A stretch of 53,194 nucleotides of DNA, from positions 1-53,194 of the forward strand of contig CAYVCM010000003.1 of NCBI GenBank assembly GCA_964449925.1, given 5' to 3'. Under the pieces are notes generated by a model, which was not told the DNA's origin, made no database searches, and saw only the letters and a program-made list of their open reading frames with translations. Below are positions 1 to 9,032 of the stretch, piece by piece (the first letter of the stretch is position 1; every line of letters begins with the position of its first letter). Made by a program: the position numbers and the translations under genes. This stretch comes from an uncultured Clostridium sp. GTDB lineage: Bacteria; Bacillota; Clostridia; TANB77; CAG-508.

Positions 1-1
1 A

Positions 2-268
2 TTGGTGGATTGTTATATATCAGTTTTAAAATATCATAGAGTGTTTGATAAAATAGAAGGATTATGGATAGGACATTATCATGGAGACACTGAAACAGTA
101 AAGTTTGAAGATGTTGTTATGAATAATTTAAAAGAATACAAATTTCCAATATTAAAATGTGACGATTTTGGACACGATTGTGAAGATATAGTAATTCCAA
201 TTGGAGGAAAAATTAGATTGGATGCAACCAATTGTGATGTAGAAATATTAGAAAAGATTGTAAATTAG
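2..268 (+). CDS. LD-carboxypeptidase (peptidase S66/MccF-like), C-terminal part
   Basis: VFDKIEGLWIG...PILKCDDFGH...IPIGG motif; truncated by window edge. Confidence 0.75.
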   Translation: MVDCYISVLKYHRVFDKIEGLWIGHYHGDTETVKFEDVVMNNLKEYKFPILKCDDFGHDCEDIVIPIGGKIRLDATNCDVEILEKIVN

Positions 269-329
269 GAAAAAACATAGGAAGATAGTAGTCATAAATA
301 AATACCTCCGACTATGCCGAAGGATAGTT

Positions 330-419
330 ATGAGAAAATGTTTAAGATGTGGTACTGAAACTTACATCCAAGATACTTCTAAAGTAAAAAAATTAACATT
401 AAATAAAAAAGTAATTTAA
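330..419 (+). pseudogene. Remnant of a small CxxC zinc-ribbon gene (MRKCLRCGTETYIQDTSKVKKL...)
   Basis: RBS-like GAAGGA then ATG; only one CxxC remains, looks internally deleted. Confidence 0.35.
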
Positions 420-468
420 ATTACAATTTATCAGATTGTAAAATAGTAATTTGAAAGTGAGTATAAGT

Positions 469-984
469 ATGAGCAAAAATATTATTGAAAATATAGAAGA
501 ACTAAAGGAATTGCAAACAAATATAAAAAAATATAATAAACAAGAAGCAATAAATTATATAATAAATAAGACTGATGTTTCTGAAAAAGAAAGTTTAGAA
601 ATATATTATTTTTTAACAGAAAGTAATAATAAATCGAAGGAAAATAAGAACAACAATATATTTTCTACAATAATCTTCTATTGTTTAGTCTTTCTAACTG
701 GTATAGTTATTTTACCTACACTAGGAATTATTGCCCCTGTTTTTATTATATGTGCTTTTATATGTCCTATTGGTGGAATAATTCATCTTATAAGTGGGAT
801 TTTTAATTTGAATTTGCCCATTGTATCTTTTCAATTTGGGAATATTATATTAAATCCATTTTTAGGATTTGTATTAAGTATAATTATTGGAATAATTTTA
901 TATTTTATTGGAAAAGGCTGTTGGAAACTTTTATTACTTTATATAAATAAGGTGAAAAAAGTAAAAGAAAGTTTGGAGATATAA
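469..984 (+). CDS. Membrane protein, DUF1700/HAAS-like C-terminal TM region
   Basis: ORF with about 3 hydrophobic segments. Confidence 0.5.
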   Translation: MSKNIIENIEELKELQTNIKKYNKQEAINYIINKTDVSEKESLEIYYFLTESNNKSKENKNNNIFSTIIFYCLVFLTGIVILPTLGIIAPVFIICAFICPIGGIIHLISGIFNLNLPIVSFQFGNIILNPFLGFVLSIIIGIILYFIGKGCWKLLLLYINKVKKVKESLEI

Positions 985-1003
985 TACAAATTACAATTTA
1001 TAC

Positions 1004-1090
1004 TTATAATAAAAAATAACAGGACTTTTATAAATTCTGTTATTTTTTATTTATCGAAATTTTTATATATTTCTAAATTTTAAAAATAGC
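1004..1090. repeat. Diverged direct repeat of 6313-6400 (3' end and terminator of the 6350-6646 gene)
   Basis: aaaataacag...aattctgttattttttattt...atttttatatatttct.aattt..aaaatagc at both sites. Confidence 0.8.
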
Positions 1091-1289
1091 TTATAGGTTT
1101 TATTATTGTTGAGGTAATAAGAAATGAACACTTTTGATAAATATTTATTTAAAAAAATAAATTTGTAAAGATATAAAACCAATTTTGTGTATCTTTTAGT
1201 ATCCTTTAGTATTTTTCTTTATCTTTTATGGAAAATTTTTGAAAAAATTGTATAATTATTTCACTGTGCAATATTTGCATAGTATAAAA

Positions 1290-1878
1290 AAAGAAGGTTT
1301 TTGCTAAATACAAAGTAATGGAGGAAAAATTATGACAAAACGGTTTAAATGCTTATCTTTAGTACTTGCGTGTGTGCTATGCCTTTTTATGGGAACAACA
1401 GCCTTTGCAGCCGAACCTACTACAGATGATTCACAAAATAATCTGAATGGTGAAGTAATCGAAGTAACTGTTCCCGCCGACGGAAATACCTACGGTGTGG
1501 ACGAAAATGGAAGTATTGTGCCTATGGCACAAGGAAATTCTACGACATTTAAATTAGGTGAAACTGGGTATATTTCAAACTGTGGATTAACACCTAAATT
1601 TAAATTTACTGCAACAGGTGGTAGTTCAAATACAATGGTAAGATTTTATATTACTACATCTGGTGGTGTGAATTATACTCAGGGCGATATCAAAGCTAAT
1701 GGTAGCCAATATATCGAAAAACAGTATATTGTTGCTAATGGTGGTGGTTCTTGGCAGTTCACAGCATCTGTTGTATCTGGAACCAATAATGGTAACATTG
1801 TGTGTACGGTTACACAGACTTATTAAGAATTGCCTGATTATGTATCTTAATAACTAACACATAGCAAAAACCTTCTTT
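1290..1878. repeat. Perfect 17-bp inverted repeats (AAAGAAGGTTTTTGCTA, 1290-1306 and 1862-1878) bracketing one ORF
   Basis: Exact reverse complements. Confidence 0.9.
1332..1826 (+). CDS. Secreted hypothetical protein (signal peptide ending AFA)
   Basis: GGAGG RBS; Sec signal; visibly GC-richer than its neighbours. Confidence 0.8.
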   Translation: MTKRFKCLSLVLACVLCLFMGTTAFAAEPTTDDSQNNLNGEVIEVTVPADGNTYGVDENGSIVPMAQGNSTTFKLGETGYISNCGLTPKFKFTATGGSSNTMVRFYITTSGGVNYTQGDIKANGSQYIEKQYIVANGGGSWQFTASVVSGTNNGNIVCTVTQTY

Positions 1879-1879
1879 A

Positions 1880-1912
1880 CTGCGGGTCTAAATATGCCCG
1901 CAGCTTTCTTTT
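1880..1912 (+). terminator. Rho-independent terminator
   Basis: CTGCGGG...CCCGCAG hairpin followed by a T-rich tract. Confidence 0.65.
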
Positions 1913-1932
1913 GCAAAAAAAAAATAGAATCA

Positions 1933-2817
1933 TTACAATTCTATTTCTATAATTAAATTTTTCTTTATATATGTTGCAGATATTTTCCCATCATGTAATT
2001 CTATTAATTGTTTAGCTATAGATAACCCTAGACCTGTAGACTTTTCAGCATTTTCTACAGTATAATATCTATTAAATATTTTTTTCACTTGTATTGCATC
2101 TAACAAATTCGAATTATTGGTAAAGATTATTTTCCCATCTTCTAATAAATCAACTTTAAATTCACCTTTGCTATATTTAAATACATTTGACAAAATATTT
2201 TCAAATACTCTTGTAATTAAAGTTTCATCAATATTTCTATAAATTTTTTTGTTACATATATTTATTTGAGGCTTTATATTCATTTGCTTAAATATACTAT
2301 AATAGCTTACTAAAATTTGCTCTAATAAGTTATTTATGCACTTTTTTTCTTTTTTTATTTTAATTGTATTATCCAGCGTTTTTGTATAATAAAATAATTG
2401 TTCAGTTAAAAGGATCAATTCATTTGTTTTTGAATCTACTATTTTTAAATATTCTAATTGTTTATCTGCATCATTTTTTTTATATAATAATTCTACATAG
2501 CCACTTATTGCTGTGAGTGGAGTTCTGATATCGTGAGAGATATTTGTTATTAATTTTTTTAATTCTTGATTACCATTTTTATATTGTAATTTTTGTTTTC
2601 TTAATTTTTTTAGTTCAATATTTAATTTTTTAGTTAACCTTATGACATCTTTATCTTGAGAAGAGATTGAAATTAGAGCATTAGTTTCAGTTTCTAATAT
2701 GTCAGTTATTGAACTACTAATTTGTTTTAATGATTTTTTTATATAATATAGTTTTAATATAAAAAACAATATCAATAAAAATAATATTGTAATGATGCCA
2801 TATAACCATATATACAC
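1933..2817 (-). CDS. Sensor histidine kinase (intramembrane-sensing type)
   Basis: H-box SHDIRTPLT, N-box ENILSNVFKYS, G2 GLGLSIA. Confidence 0.92.
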   Translation of the reverse strand: MYIWLYGIITILFLLILFFILKLYYIKKSLKQISSSITDILETETNALISISSQDKDVIRLTKKLNIELKKLRKQKLQYKNGNQELKKLITNISHDIRTPLTAISGYVELLYKKNDADKQLEYLKIVDSKTNELILLTEQLFYYTKTLDNTIKIKKEKKCINNLLEQILVSYYSIFKQMNIKPQINICNKKIYRNIDETLITRVFENILSNVFKYSKGEFKVDLLEDGKIIFTNNSNLLDAIQVKKIFNRYYTVENAEKSTGLGLSIAKQLIELHDGKISATYIKKNLIIEIEL

Positions 2818-2828
2818 TATTTTTCCTC

Positions 2829-3656
2829 CTATTTTAAATTATCTTTATTAAAAGCATATAATCCCAAGATAGTTATAGTTGTAGATACACATAAAGAATA
2901 GAGTACTAAAACTGTATGATTTGTATTATCTCTATAACTAATTATTTGAGTAGCCTGTCCTGAAGGTATAATATAAAGAAGAGTTTGAGCTATTTGCTTT
3001 TTTTCTATACCTGGATAATTCGGATTAGGTGTTTGAACTTCTACTATTTTACCTTCTTCATTTAGAACAGTATTAGTAAGGTATTCAGAAGAGTTTGCAG
3101 TTAAAGCTACAGCGCTACCAACTACAATCATAATTAGTACAAAAATTAGGCTAAAAACCGTTGATATTGTTATATCATTACTTAATAATGCTATAAATGT
3201 GAATATGCAAGAATATGTTATAATAATCATTATTATATTTAATAAAATAACTAAAAATTGTGAAATTGACATTTGCAATCCACCTAAGATTGGTAATCCT
3301 ATTATAGAAACAAATATTAAATAAAATAATTCTATAATAACTCCTGTAACAATACTAATGATTAAATTTGAAATATAAATCTTTGTTCTGCTATACCCAA
3401 CTGTTATTTTATTTCTGATAGCACCATTTGTAAATTCTTCTCCTATAAAAAAACTTGTAAATATAGCTAAAGTAATTCCTATTATATTAAGATAGTCCAA
3501 TAATACTTGATCTATTCCTATAGTTGTTCCTGCATTATTAGTATTAATTCTACTTTTAAGAAAAATTATGGCAATTATCAAAGTTATTCCTATTATACAC
3601 CAAAATATTTTGTTTTTTCTTAATCGAAAGAAATTAGCATTTAATAAATTATACAT
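2829..3656 (-). CDS. ABC transporter permease (antimicrobial peptide exporter type)
   Basis: Multi-TM; GEEFTNGAIRNKITVGYSR motif. Confidence 0.85.
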   Translation of the reverse strand: MYNLLNANFFRLRKNKIFWCIIGITLIIAIIFLKSRINTNNAGTTIGIDQVLLDYLNIIGITLAIFTSFFIGEEFTNGAIRNKITVGYSRTKIYISNLIISIVTGVIIELFYLIFVSIIGLPILGGLQMSISQFLVILLNIIMIIITYSCIFTFIALLSNDITISTVFSLIFVLIMIVVGSAVALTANSSEYLTNTVLNEEGKIVEVQTPNPNYPGIEKKQIAQTLLYIIPSGQATQIISYRDNTNHTVLVLYSLCVSTTITILGLYAFNKDNLK

Positions 3657-4563
3657 TTTCCTTACCTCCTATCAAGTTTATATAATAACTTTCAAGAGAT
3701 GCTTCTCTTTCGTGAAAATCATTTATTTTGCAATCAAGGGCAGAAAGGTCATTAACCAAATCAGTAATATTTATAAAATCATAGATATTTATTTTGTCAC
3801 TTGAAATAACCTTATAAGAAATCTTATTTTTTTCTAAATATCTAACACATTTTTTTATATTGCTTACTGTCAACTCAATTCTCTTTTTACAGTTATTTTC
3901 GAATTCATTTTTAGTAATTTCTTTTACTATTTTTCCATTATTCATAAAACCATAATGAGTTGCTATTTTAGATAATTCATCTAAATAATGACTAGATATT
4001 AAAAATGTAATGCCATTTTCTCTGTTAAGTTTTAATATTAATTCTCTTATATCAATAATTCCCTCAGGATCCAATCCATTAATTGGCTCATCTAGTATTA
4101 AAAAATCTGGATGACCTATTAATGCAAGTGCTATTCCTAATCTTTGTTTCATACCAAGTGAAAAATGTTTTACTTTTTTCTGACCTGTATCAGATAACTT
4201 AACTAAATCCAATAATTCCTCAATATAATTATCAAATGGAATGCCAATTACTTTATACTGTTCTATTAAATTATCTTTTGCAGTCATACTAGTATAAATT
4301 GATGGTTGTTCTATAATAGCTCCCATCCTTTTTCTTGCTTTATAAATTTTCTTGTCTGTATTTTGAATACCATAAACCGAATATGTACCACTAGAAGGAT
4401 TTTGTAATCCACAAATTAATCTAATTAATGTAGTTTTTCCTGCACCATTTTTTCCTATAAGTCCATATATAGCTCCTTTGGGTATATTCATATTAAGATT
4501 ATTTATAACCTTAAATTTTTTATATTTTTTTTCAAGATTATCAACTTTTAATATATATTCCAT
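3649..4563 (-). CDS. ABC transporter ATP-binding protein (BcrA-like)
   Basis: GKNGAGKTT, FSLGMKQRLG, LDEPINGLD. Confidence 0.93.
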   Translation of the reverse strand: MEYILKVDNLEKKYKKFKVINNLNMNIPKGAIYGLIGKNGAGKTTLIRLICGLQNPSSGTYSVYGIQNTDKKIYKARKRMGAIIEQPSIYTSMTAKDNLIEQYKVIGIPFDNYIEELLDLVKLSDTGQKKVKHFSLGMKQRLGIALALIGHPDFLILDEPINGLDPEGIIDIRELILKLNRENGITFLISSHYLDELSKIATHYGFMNNGKIVKEITKNEFENNCKKRIELTVSNIKKCVRYLEKNKISYKVISSDKINIYDFINITDLVNDLSALDCKINDFHEREASLESYYINLIGGKENV

Positions 4564-4598
4564 AGCTACCTCCTTTTAAAAAAATTTATAACTAAATT

Positions 4599-4640
4599 GT
4601 TAAGAAAGCAGTTAAGAAAACAGTTAAGAATTAGTTAAGA
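4599..4640 (-). promoter_or_regulatory. Four TCTTAAC direct repeats upstream of the ABC operon
   Basis: GTTAAGA at 4599, 4611, 4623, 4634. Confidence 0.7.
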
Positions 4641-5308
4641 TTTTGTTGTTCACATATTTTATATCCTATACCCCAAATAGATTCAATATATTCTTCAGGC
4701 GTAATAGCTTTTATTTTTTTTCTTATATTACTTATATGAACTTTTAAAGAATTTTCATCACAATCTAGTGTTTCATAACTAATCAAGTCAAGTAATTTTG
4801 ATTTGGTTAATATTTGATTTTGATTTATAATTAGCTGTTTGAGTATTGCATATTCAGTTTTTGTTAAATACACTTTTTTTTCTTTGACATATAATGTATG
4901 TCCATCATCTTTTAAAAATATATCTTTATATTTTAATGATTTATTTTTGTTTATATCATTATTTAATCTTAATTGAACTAATATTCTTGCTAAAAGTTCT
5001 TCACTATTAAAAGGCTTAGTAATATAATCATTTGCACCAGCCAACAAAGAGTTTACTTTATCTTCTTGAGATACTTTAGCACTCACGACTATAATAGGTA
5101 TACCGTTTACTTGTTTTATAATTTTTTCACCATTTAAACCTGGTAACATTAAATCTAATAAAATCAAATCAACTTTTTCTTTTTCTAGCAACATCAAAGC
5201 TTCTGTACCAGAAAAAGCTTCGATAACTTTATAATTATTTTCTATTAATATATTTTTTATTAATTTATGGATATCAATATCATCTTCAACTATTAATATT
5301 GTTTTCAT
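4631..5308 (-). CDS. OmpR-family response regulator
   Basis: IVEDD, LLDLMLP, GANDYITKPF, wHTH IWGIGY; GGAGG before ATG at 5308. Confidence 0.93.
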   Translation of the reverse strand: MKTILIVEDDIDIHKLIKNILIENNYKVIEAFSGTEALMLLEKEKVDLILLDLMLPGLNGEKIIKQVNGIPIIVVSAKVSQEDKVNSLLAGANDYITKPFNSEELLARILVQLRLNNDINKNKSLKYKDIFLKDDGHTLYVKEKKVYLTKTEYAILKQLIINQNQILTKSKLLDLISYETLDCDENSLKVHISNIRKKIKAITPEEYIESIWGIGYKICEQQNLN

Positions 5309-5393
5309 TGAAATTTCCTCCAATCACTAGATACCACTAATATTATCATATCTAGCTTAAATTGTTAAGATTAAATTAAATATATTGTCAAAA

Positions 5394-5435
5394 TCTTAAC
5401 TAAATCTTAACAATTTTCTTAACAAATTTCTTAAC
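5394..5435 (+). promoter_or_regulatory. Four TCTTAAC direct repeats upstream of the Spo0A-like gene
   Basis: TCTTAAC at 5394, 5405, 5417, 5429. Confidence 0.7.
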
Positions 5436-5515
5436 AATTTAATTATATACTTTTGAAAGTAAATAAATAAACTTTATCAAAAAATATATACTTTAAATTA
5501 AAAAGGGGAAAAATA

Positions 5516-6208
5516 ATGGAATTTAAGACTTTAATAGCAACTAATAATATAGAATATATTAAGTATATATTCTATATTATTAGTGAAATAAAAAATCTAA
5601 GAATAATGTGTATTACTACTAATAAAGAAGAAACACTAGAATTATTAAGGAAAAAGCAGTTTGACTTAATAATTCTAGACTTCAAAATGATTAATTTAGA
5701 TAGTATAAAATCAATTAAAAATATCTCAAATATCATTTTTATTTCTGAAGATTCAACTTCATTTAATAAGATTATAAATCATCCTATGGTCATAGATGTT
5801 ATTGATAAAATAGATAATTCCTATTGTAAAGTCAAAAATATTATTGAGGATAAAATGCTTATGTTAAAGCAAAACAATATAGAACAATATATTATTAATG
5901 AATTAAATTTATTAGGATATGATTTCAAATACAAAGGTACTCAATATTTATTAGAATCAATACTATACATATATAAAAATAAAAAATTAAAATTATTACA
6001 AAATTTAGAAAAAAATGTATATAGTTATATTGCAACTGTAAATAATACTAGTATACTAAATGTAAAAACCAGTATCATAAGAGCAACAAACTATATGTAT
6101 ATCTATCAAAGTGACAAAACAAAAGATAAATATTTTTCTTTTAATTACAAACCAACTCCTAAAACAGTTATAACTACAATTATATTGAAATTAAATTGTT
6201 TTGATTAA
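5516..6208 (+). CDS. Spo0A-like regulator (degenerate receiver plus Spo0A C-terminal domain)
   Basis: LG...KGTQYL.ESI, VY..IA...NTS..NV...I, KPTPK..I. Confidence 0.75.
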   Translation: MEFKTLIATNNIEYIKYIFYIISEIKNLRIMCITTNKEETLELLRKKQFDLIILDFKMINLDSIKSIKNISNIIFISEDSTSFNKIINHPMVIDVIDKIDNSYCKVKNIIEDKMLMLKQNNIEQYIINELNLLGYDFKYKGTQYLLESILYIYKNKKLKLLQNLEKNVYSYIATVNNTSILNVKTSIIRATNYMYIYQSDKTKDKYFSFNYKPTPKTVITTIILKLNCFD

Positions 6209-6349
6209 CAAGAAAGATAAATTGCAAAAATTAGGGAACATTCTTAAAATTCATGCCTGTGCTGTTTTTCCACTTGCATTTGCAAGTTATAAAGTAAATG
6301 GAAATTTATACCTATAATAATAAAAATAACAGACTTTTCAGCAATTCTG

Positions 6350-6646
6350 TTATTTTTTATTTGTTTGAATTTTTATATATTTCTGAATTTTTAAAATAGC
6401 CTTTCTATGAAGTTTTAGAAGATTTTTTATGTCTGTATCTTTAGAAATATCACATAATAAGTGTATTTTATTTATATCAGTTATACCCAAATATGTGATA
6501 AAGGAAATTGAGAATACAGCATCAATATAATTTGTATCACACTTTCCATTGTATTCTTGTTCAATTTGTTTAACAATTTCTTGAAAAACTTTTTTTCCGT
6601 GCTTTTCGCAAAACATTTTACTAAATTCTATTCCTAAATTTTCCAT
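6350..6646 (-). CDS. Hypothetical protein
   Basis: 98-aa ORF with RBS; resembles 7809-8162. Confidence 0.65.
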   Translation of the reverse strand: MENLGIEFSKMFCEKHGKKVFQEIVKQIEQEYNGKCDTNYIDAVFSISFITYLGITDINKIHLLCDISKDTDIKNLLKLHRKAILKIQKYIKIQTNKK

Positions 6647-6758
6647 AATAACACCTTAATTCTCATTATTAGTGTGACAAAATTATCACATTTTTATTTT
6701 ATCAATTTGTATAATAGATTTCACGAAAAAATTGTCGAAAAAATAATAAAATTTAAAA

Positions 6759-7625
6759 TTATAATCTGTTAGATAATTCTAGGATATCTTTATTGTGATT
6801 ATCTATATATCTTCTAGTTGTTTTCGTACTTGCATGACCTAATTGTGACGCTATTTGTATTTCACTATATCCTGCTTTATAGTACGCAAGTGAACTATAA
6901 AAATGTCTAAGTAAATGTGGGTGTAAATCTTTAATATTTACATTTTCATTATATTTACTTAATATTCTATTTACTATATTTCTTGATAAAGGTTTATTTT
7001 TATAATATTTACTTTTTTTCCCTATAAATAGATATGGATTATCTTGATTAACTTTTTCTCTATCTTCTAAATAATCATTAATAGCTTTATACATTTTATC
7101 ATTTATAGTAACTTCTCGATACTTTTCTCCTTTTCCTATAATAGCAATAAATCTTTCCTTCAAATGAATATGTGTTAGTTTTATATTTACAAGTTCATTT
7201 GCACGAATACCAGCATAGATTGCAAGTGTTAGAATACAATTATCTCTTTTGTTATCTGCAGTTTTATGAATTAATTTATTTATATCCTTTTCATCTGGGA
7301 CATCTTCTTTTACAAAGGTAGTAGTTATTTTTATATAATCTCTTTTATCTATTACTATATCTTTTTGTATTCCTTTATCTACTAAATATTCATTATACTT
7401 TTTAAGGGAATTCAAATTCCTATTTATAGTAGAAGGCTTTTGATTAACTATATTTTTTAAATATGATTTATAACTTTGAATATCTGATCCAGTTAGTTTC
7501 TTTAAATCTTCACCATAACTATCCTTATAATATTTTATATATTTATTTACATCTAATAAATATGAATTATAAGTATTTTCACTTAATTTATTTTCTATCA
7601 TATATTTTTTAAAATCTTCAAGCAT
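6759..7625 (-). CDS. Tyrosine recombinase, XerD/TnpI-like
   Basis: SAM-like N-domain; GIRANE, GKGEK, HLLRH, LGH..S..TT..Y; AGGAGG before ATG at 7625. Confidence 0.93.
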   Translation of the reverse strand: MLEDFKKYMIENKLSENTYNSYLLDVNKYIKYYKDSYGEDLKKLTGSDIQSYKSYLKNIVNQKPSTINRNLNSLKKYNEYLVDKGIQKDIVIDKRDYIKITTTFVKEDVPDEKDINKLIHKTADNKRDNCILTLAIYAGIRANELVNIKLTHIHLKERFIAIIGKGEKYREVTINDKMYKAINDYLEDREKVNQDNPYLFIGKKSKYYKNKPLSRNIVNRILSKYNENVNIKDLHPHLLRHFYSSLAYYKAGYSEIQIASQLGHASTKTTRRYIDNHNKDILELSNRL

Positions 7626-7640
7626 ATTTTTCCCTCCTTG

Positions 7641-7750
7641 CAATTATGTTACATATAATTTATAGATTTCTAGTCAATTATGTTACATATATTATTCAAT
7701 TCTTATTACTTTTTTTAGTTATATGTCGCATAAGTATCATTATGTTACAT
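7641..7750. other. Recombination site: dif-like 11-6-11 core (7723-7750) plus two 16-bp accessory direct repeats (7641-7656, 7675-7690)
   Basis: ATGTCGCATAA-GTATCA-TTATGTTACAT; CAATTATGTTACATAT twice. Confidence 0.8.
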
Positions 7751-7808
7751 ATATTTTATTTTAAATATTTGCCCTATATATACCATATAGAGCATTATAA
7801 GAAAAAGA

Positions 7809-8162
7809 TTACTTTTGGATTGAATTATATGTTTTTAAATCTTTTTCTATATAATATATTATTTGAGGAATGTTCTCTTCTTGTACTTCTAATATTTCTG
7901 ATGGTGGAAATAACTTACATGCTCCAGGCATAAATGCTAAATCTATTAAAAGACAGATTTTATCTATGCTTACATTAAAATACTTTAATGCCACTGTATA
8001 ATATACAATATAAAAATAATTAAATAGGTATTCATCTGAAGTCATTCCATCTTCTTTTATTTCTTTTGGCACTTTAATTTTTCCACAAATTTTATCAGTC
8101 AATTTTTTAAATTCATCTTTACCGTACCTGGCAATCCAAAAAGTAAAAAAAAGTTTATCCAT
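7809..8162 (-). CDS. Hypothetical protein
   Basis: GGAGG RBS, 117 aa. Confidence 0.7.
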   Translation of the reverse strand: MDKLFFTFWIARYGKDEFKKLTDKICGKIKVPKEIKEDGMTSDEYLFNYFYIVYYTVALKYFNVSIDKICLLIDLAFMPGACKLFPPSEILEVQEENIPQIIYYIEKDLKTYNSIQK

Positions 8163-8301
8163 ATCTAAATCCTCCTTTCATATTTAATTTTATATAATTA
8201 TTTTTAATATGGGAATGTTCAAGTAAAGAAAATTTTTTTGGACATTAAAAATTCTCTAAAACATTGAAATATAAAGGAAAAATTTTTTTATAAACTCATT
8301 A

Positions 8302-8330
8302 TTGAAATTTAAAAATAAACAAAGTACAAT
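8302..8330 (+). promoter_or_regulatory. Sigma-A-like promoter of the leading-region operon
   Basis: TTGAAA-17 bp-TACAAT. Confidence 0.5.
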
Positions 8331-8644
8331 ATAAATGTGTATAAAAGATTATGTTATAGATTTTTCTATAACTATCTATAAAGATTTTATCTTTATAGCA
8401 TAACTACTAAAATAAAGTTAGTAGTAGCATTTCTGTATTTTATATACAGCATAAAACTTGGGTTAAAACATATTCAAATATATAGATTATTTGTTATGTC
8501 TAAAATAATAAGAAAGTATAAAGTTAAATGTTCCCCCACATTTGACATATACTTTCTATTTTTTTGCCCAAATAAAAAGGAAAGGAGGATTTTAAAAAAA
8601 TCTTTTTACACAGAGAAACAAAAAAGAGGAAGGAGATTTTTGTT

Positions 8645-9007
8645 ATGGAAAGTGGTTTTGATTTTTACTTGTATGAAACATTATTTAAAAATTGTTTTAT
8701 TCAATGTTCATCATACACAAACGGAAAACTACAACTAAGTTTATATGGCCTTGATCAAAATGTGAATCAAATATCACATTTTGCAGATATTACATTAGAA
8801 CAAGATACAGTTAAACTTAAAGAATATGAAATTGTTGTAGATAATCGTTTTAAACCCACATTTGTACCACAACTTAAAAATTTAGGTATATTAAAAGAAC
8901 AAACAGGTATGTGCATTGTAAATGATGTTTTTTACCCTATTTATTCTATTGATTTATCTAAAATCAAAGAAAATTGCTATTACTTAGAAGATTTAATCGC
9001 AGCATAA
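8645..9007 (+). CDS. Hypothetical protein (DUF4313-like)
   Basis: AGGAG RBS; resembles 10219-10587. Confidence 0.65.
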   Translation: MESGFDFYLYETLFKNCFIQCSSYTNGKLQLSLYGLDQNVNQISHFADITLEQDTVKLKEYEIVVDNRFKPTFVPQLKNLGILKEQTGMCIVNDVFYPIYSIDLSKIKENCYYLEDLIAA

Positions 9008-9032
9008 ATTAAGTGAAAGGAAGGAATTTAAA

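Noticed and set aside
326-334. GTTATGAG as the attachment core matching the tRNA-Met anticodon loop
   Set aside because: Only 8 bp, with no tRNA 3' half beside it; explained by a gene start
6246-6317. Possible ketopantoate-reductase-like fragment (KIHACAVFPLAFASYKVNGNL)
   Set aside because: Too short to support without a search
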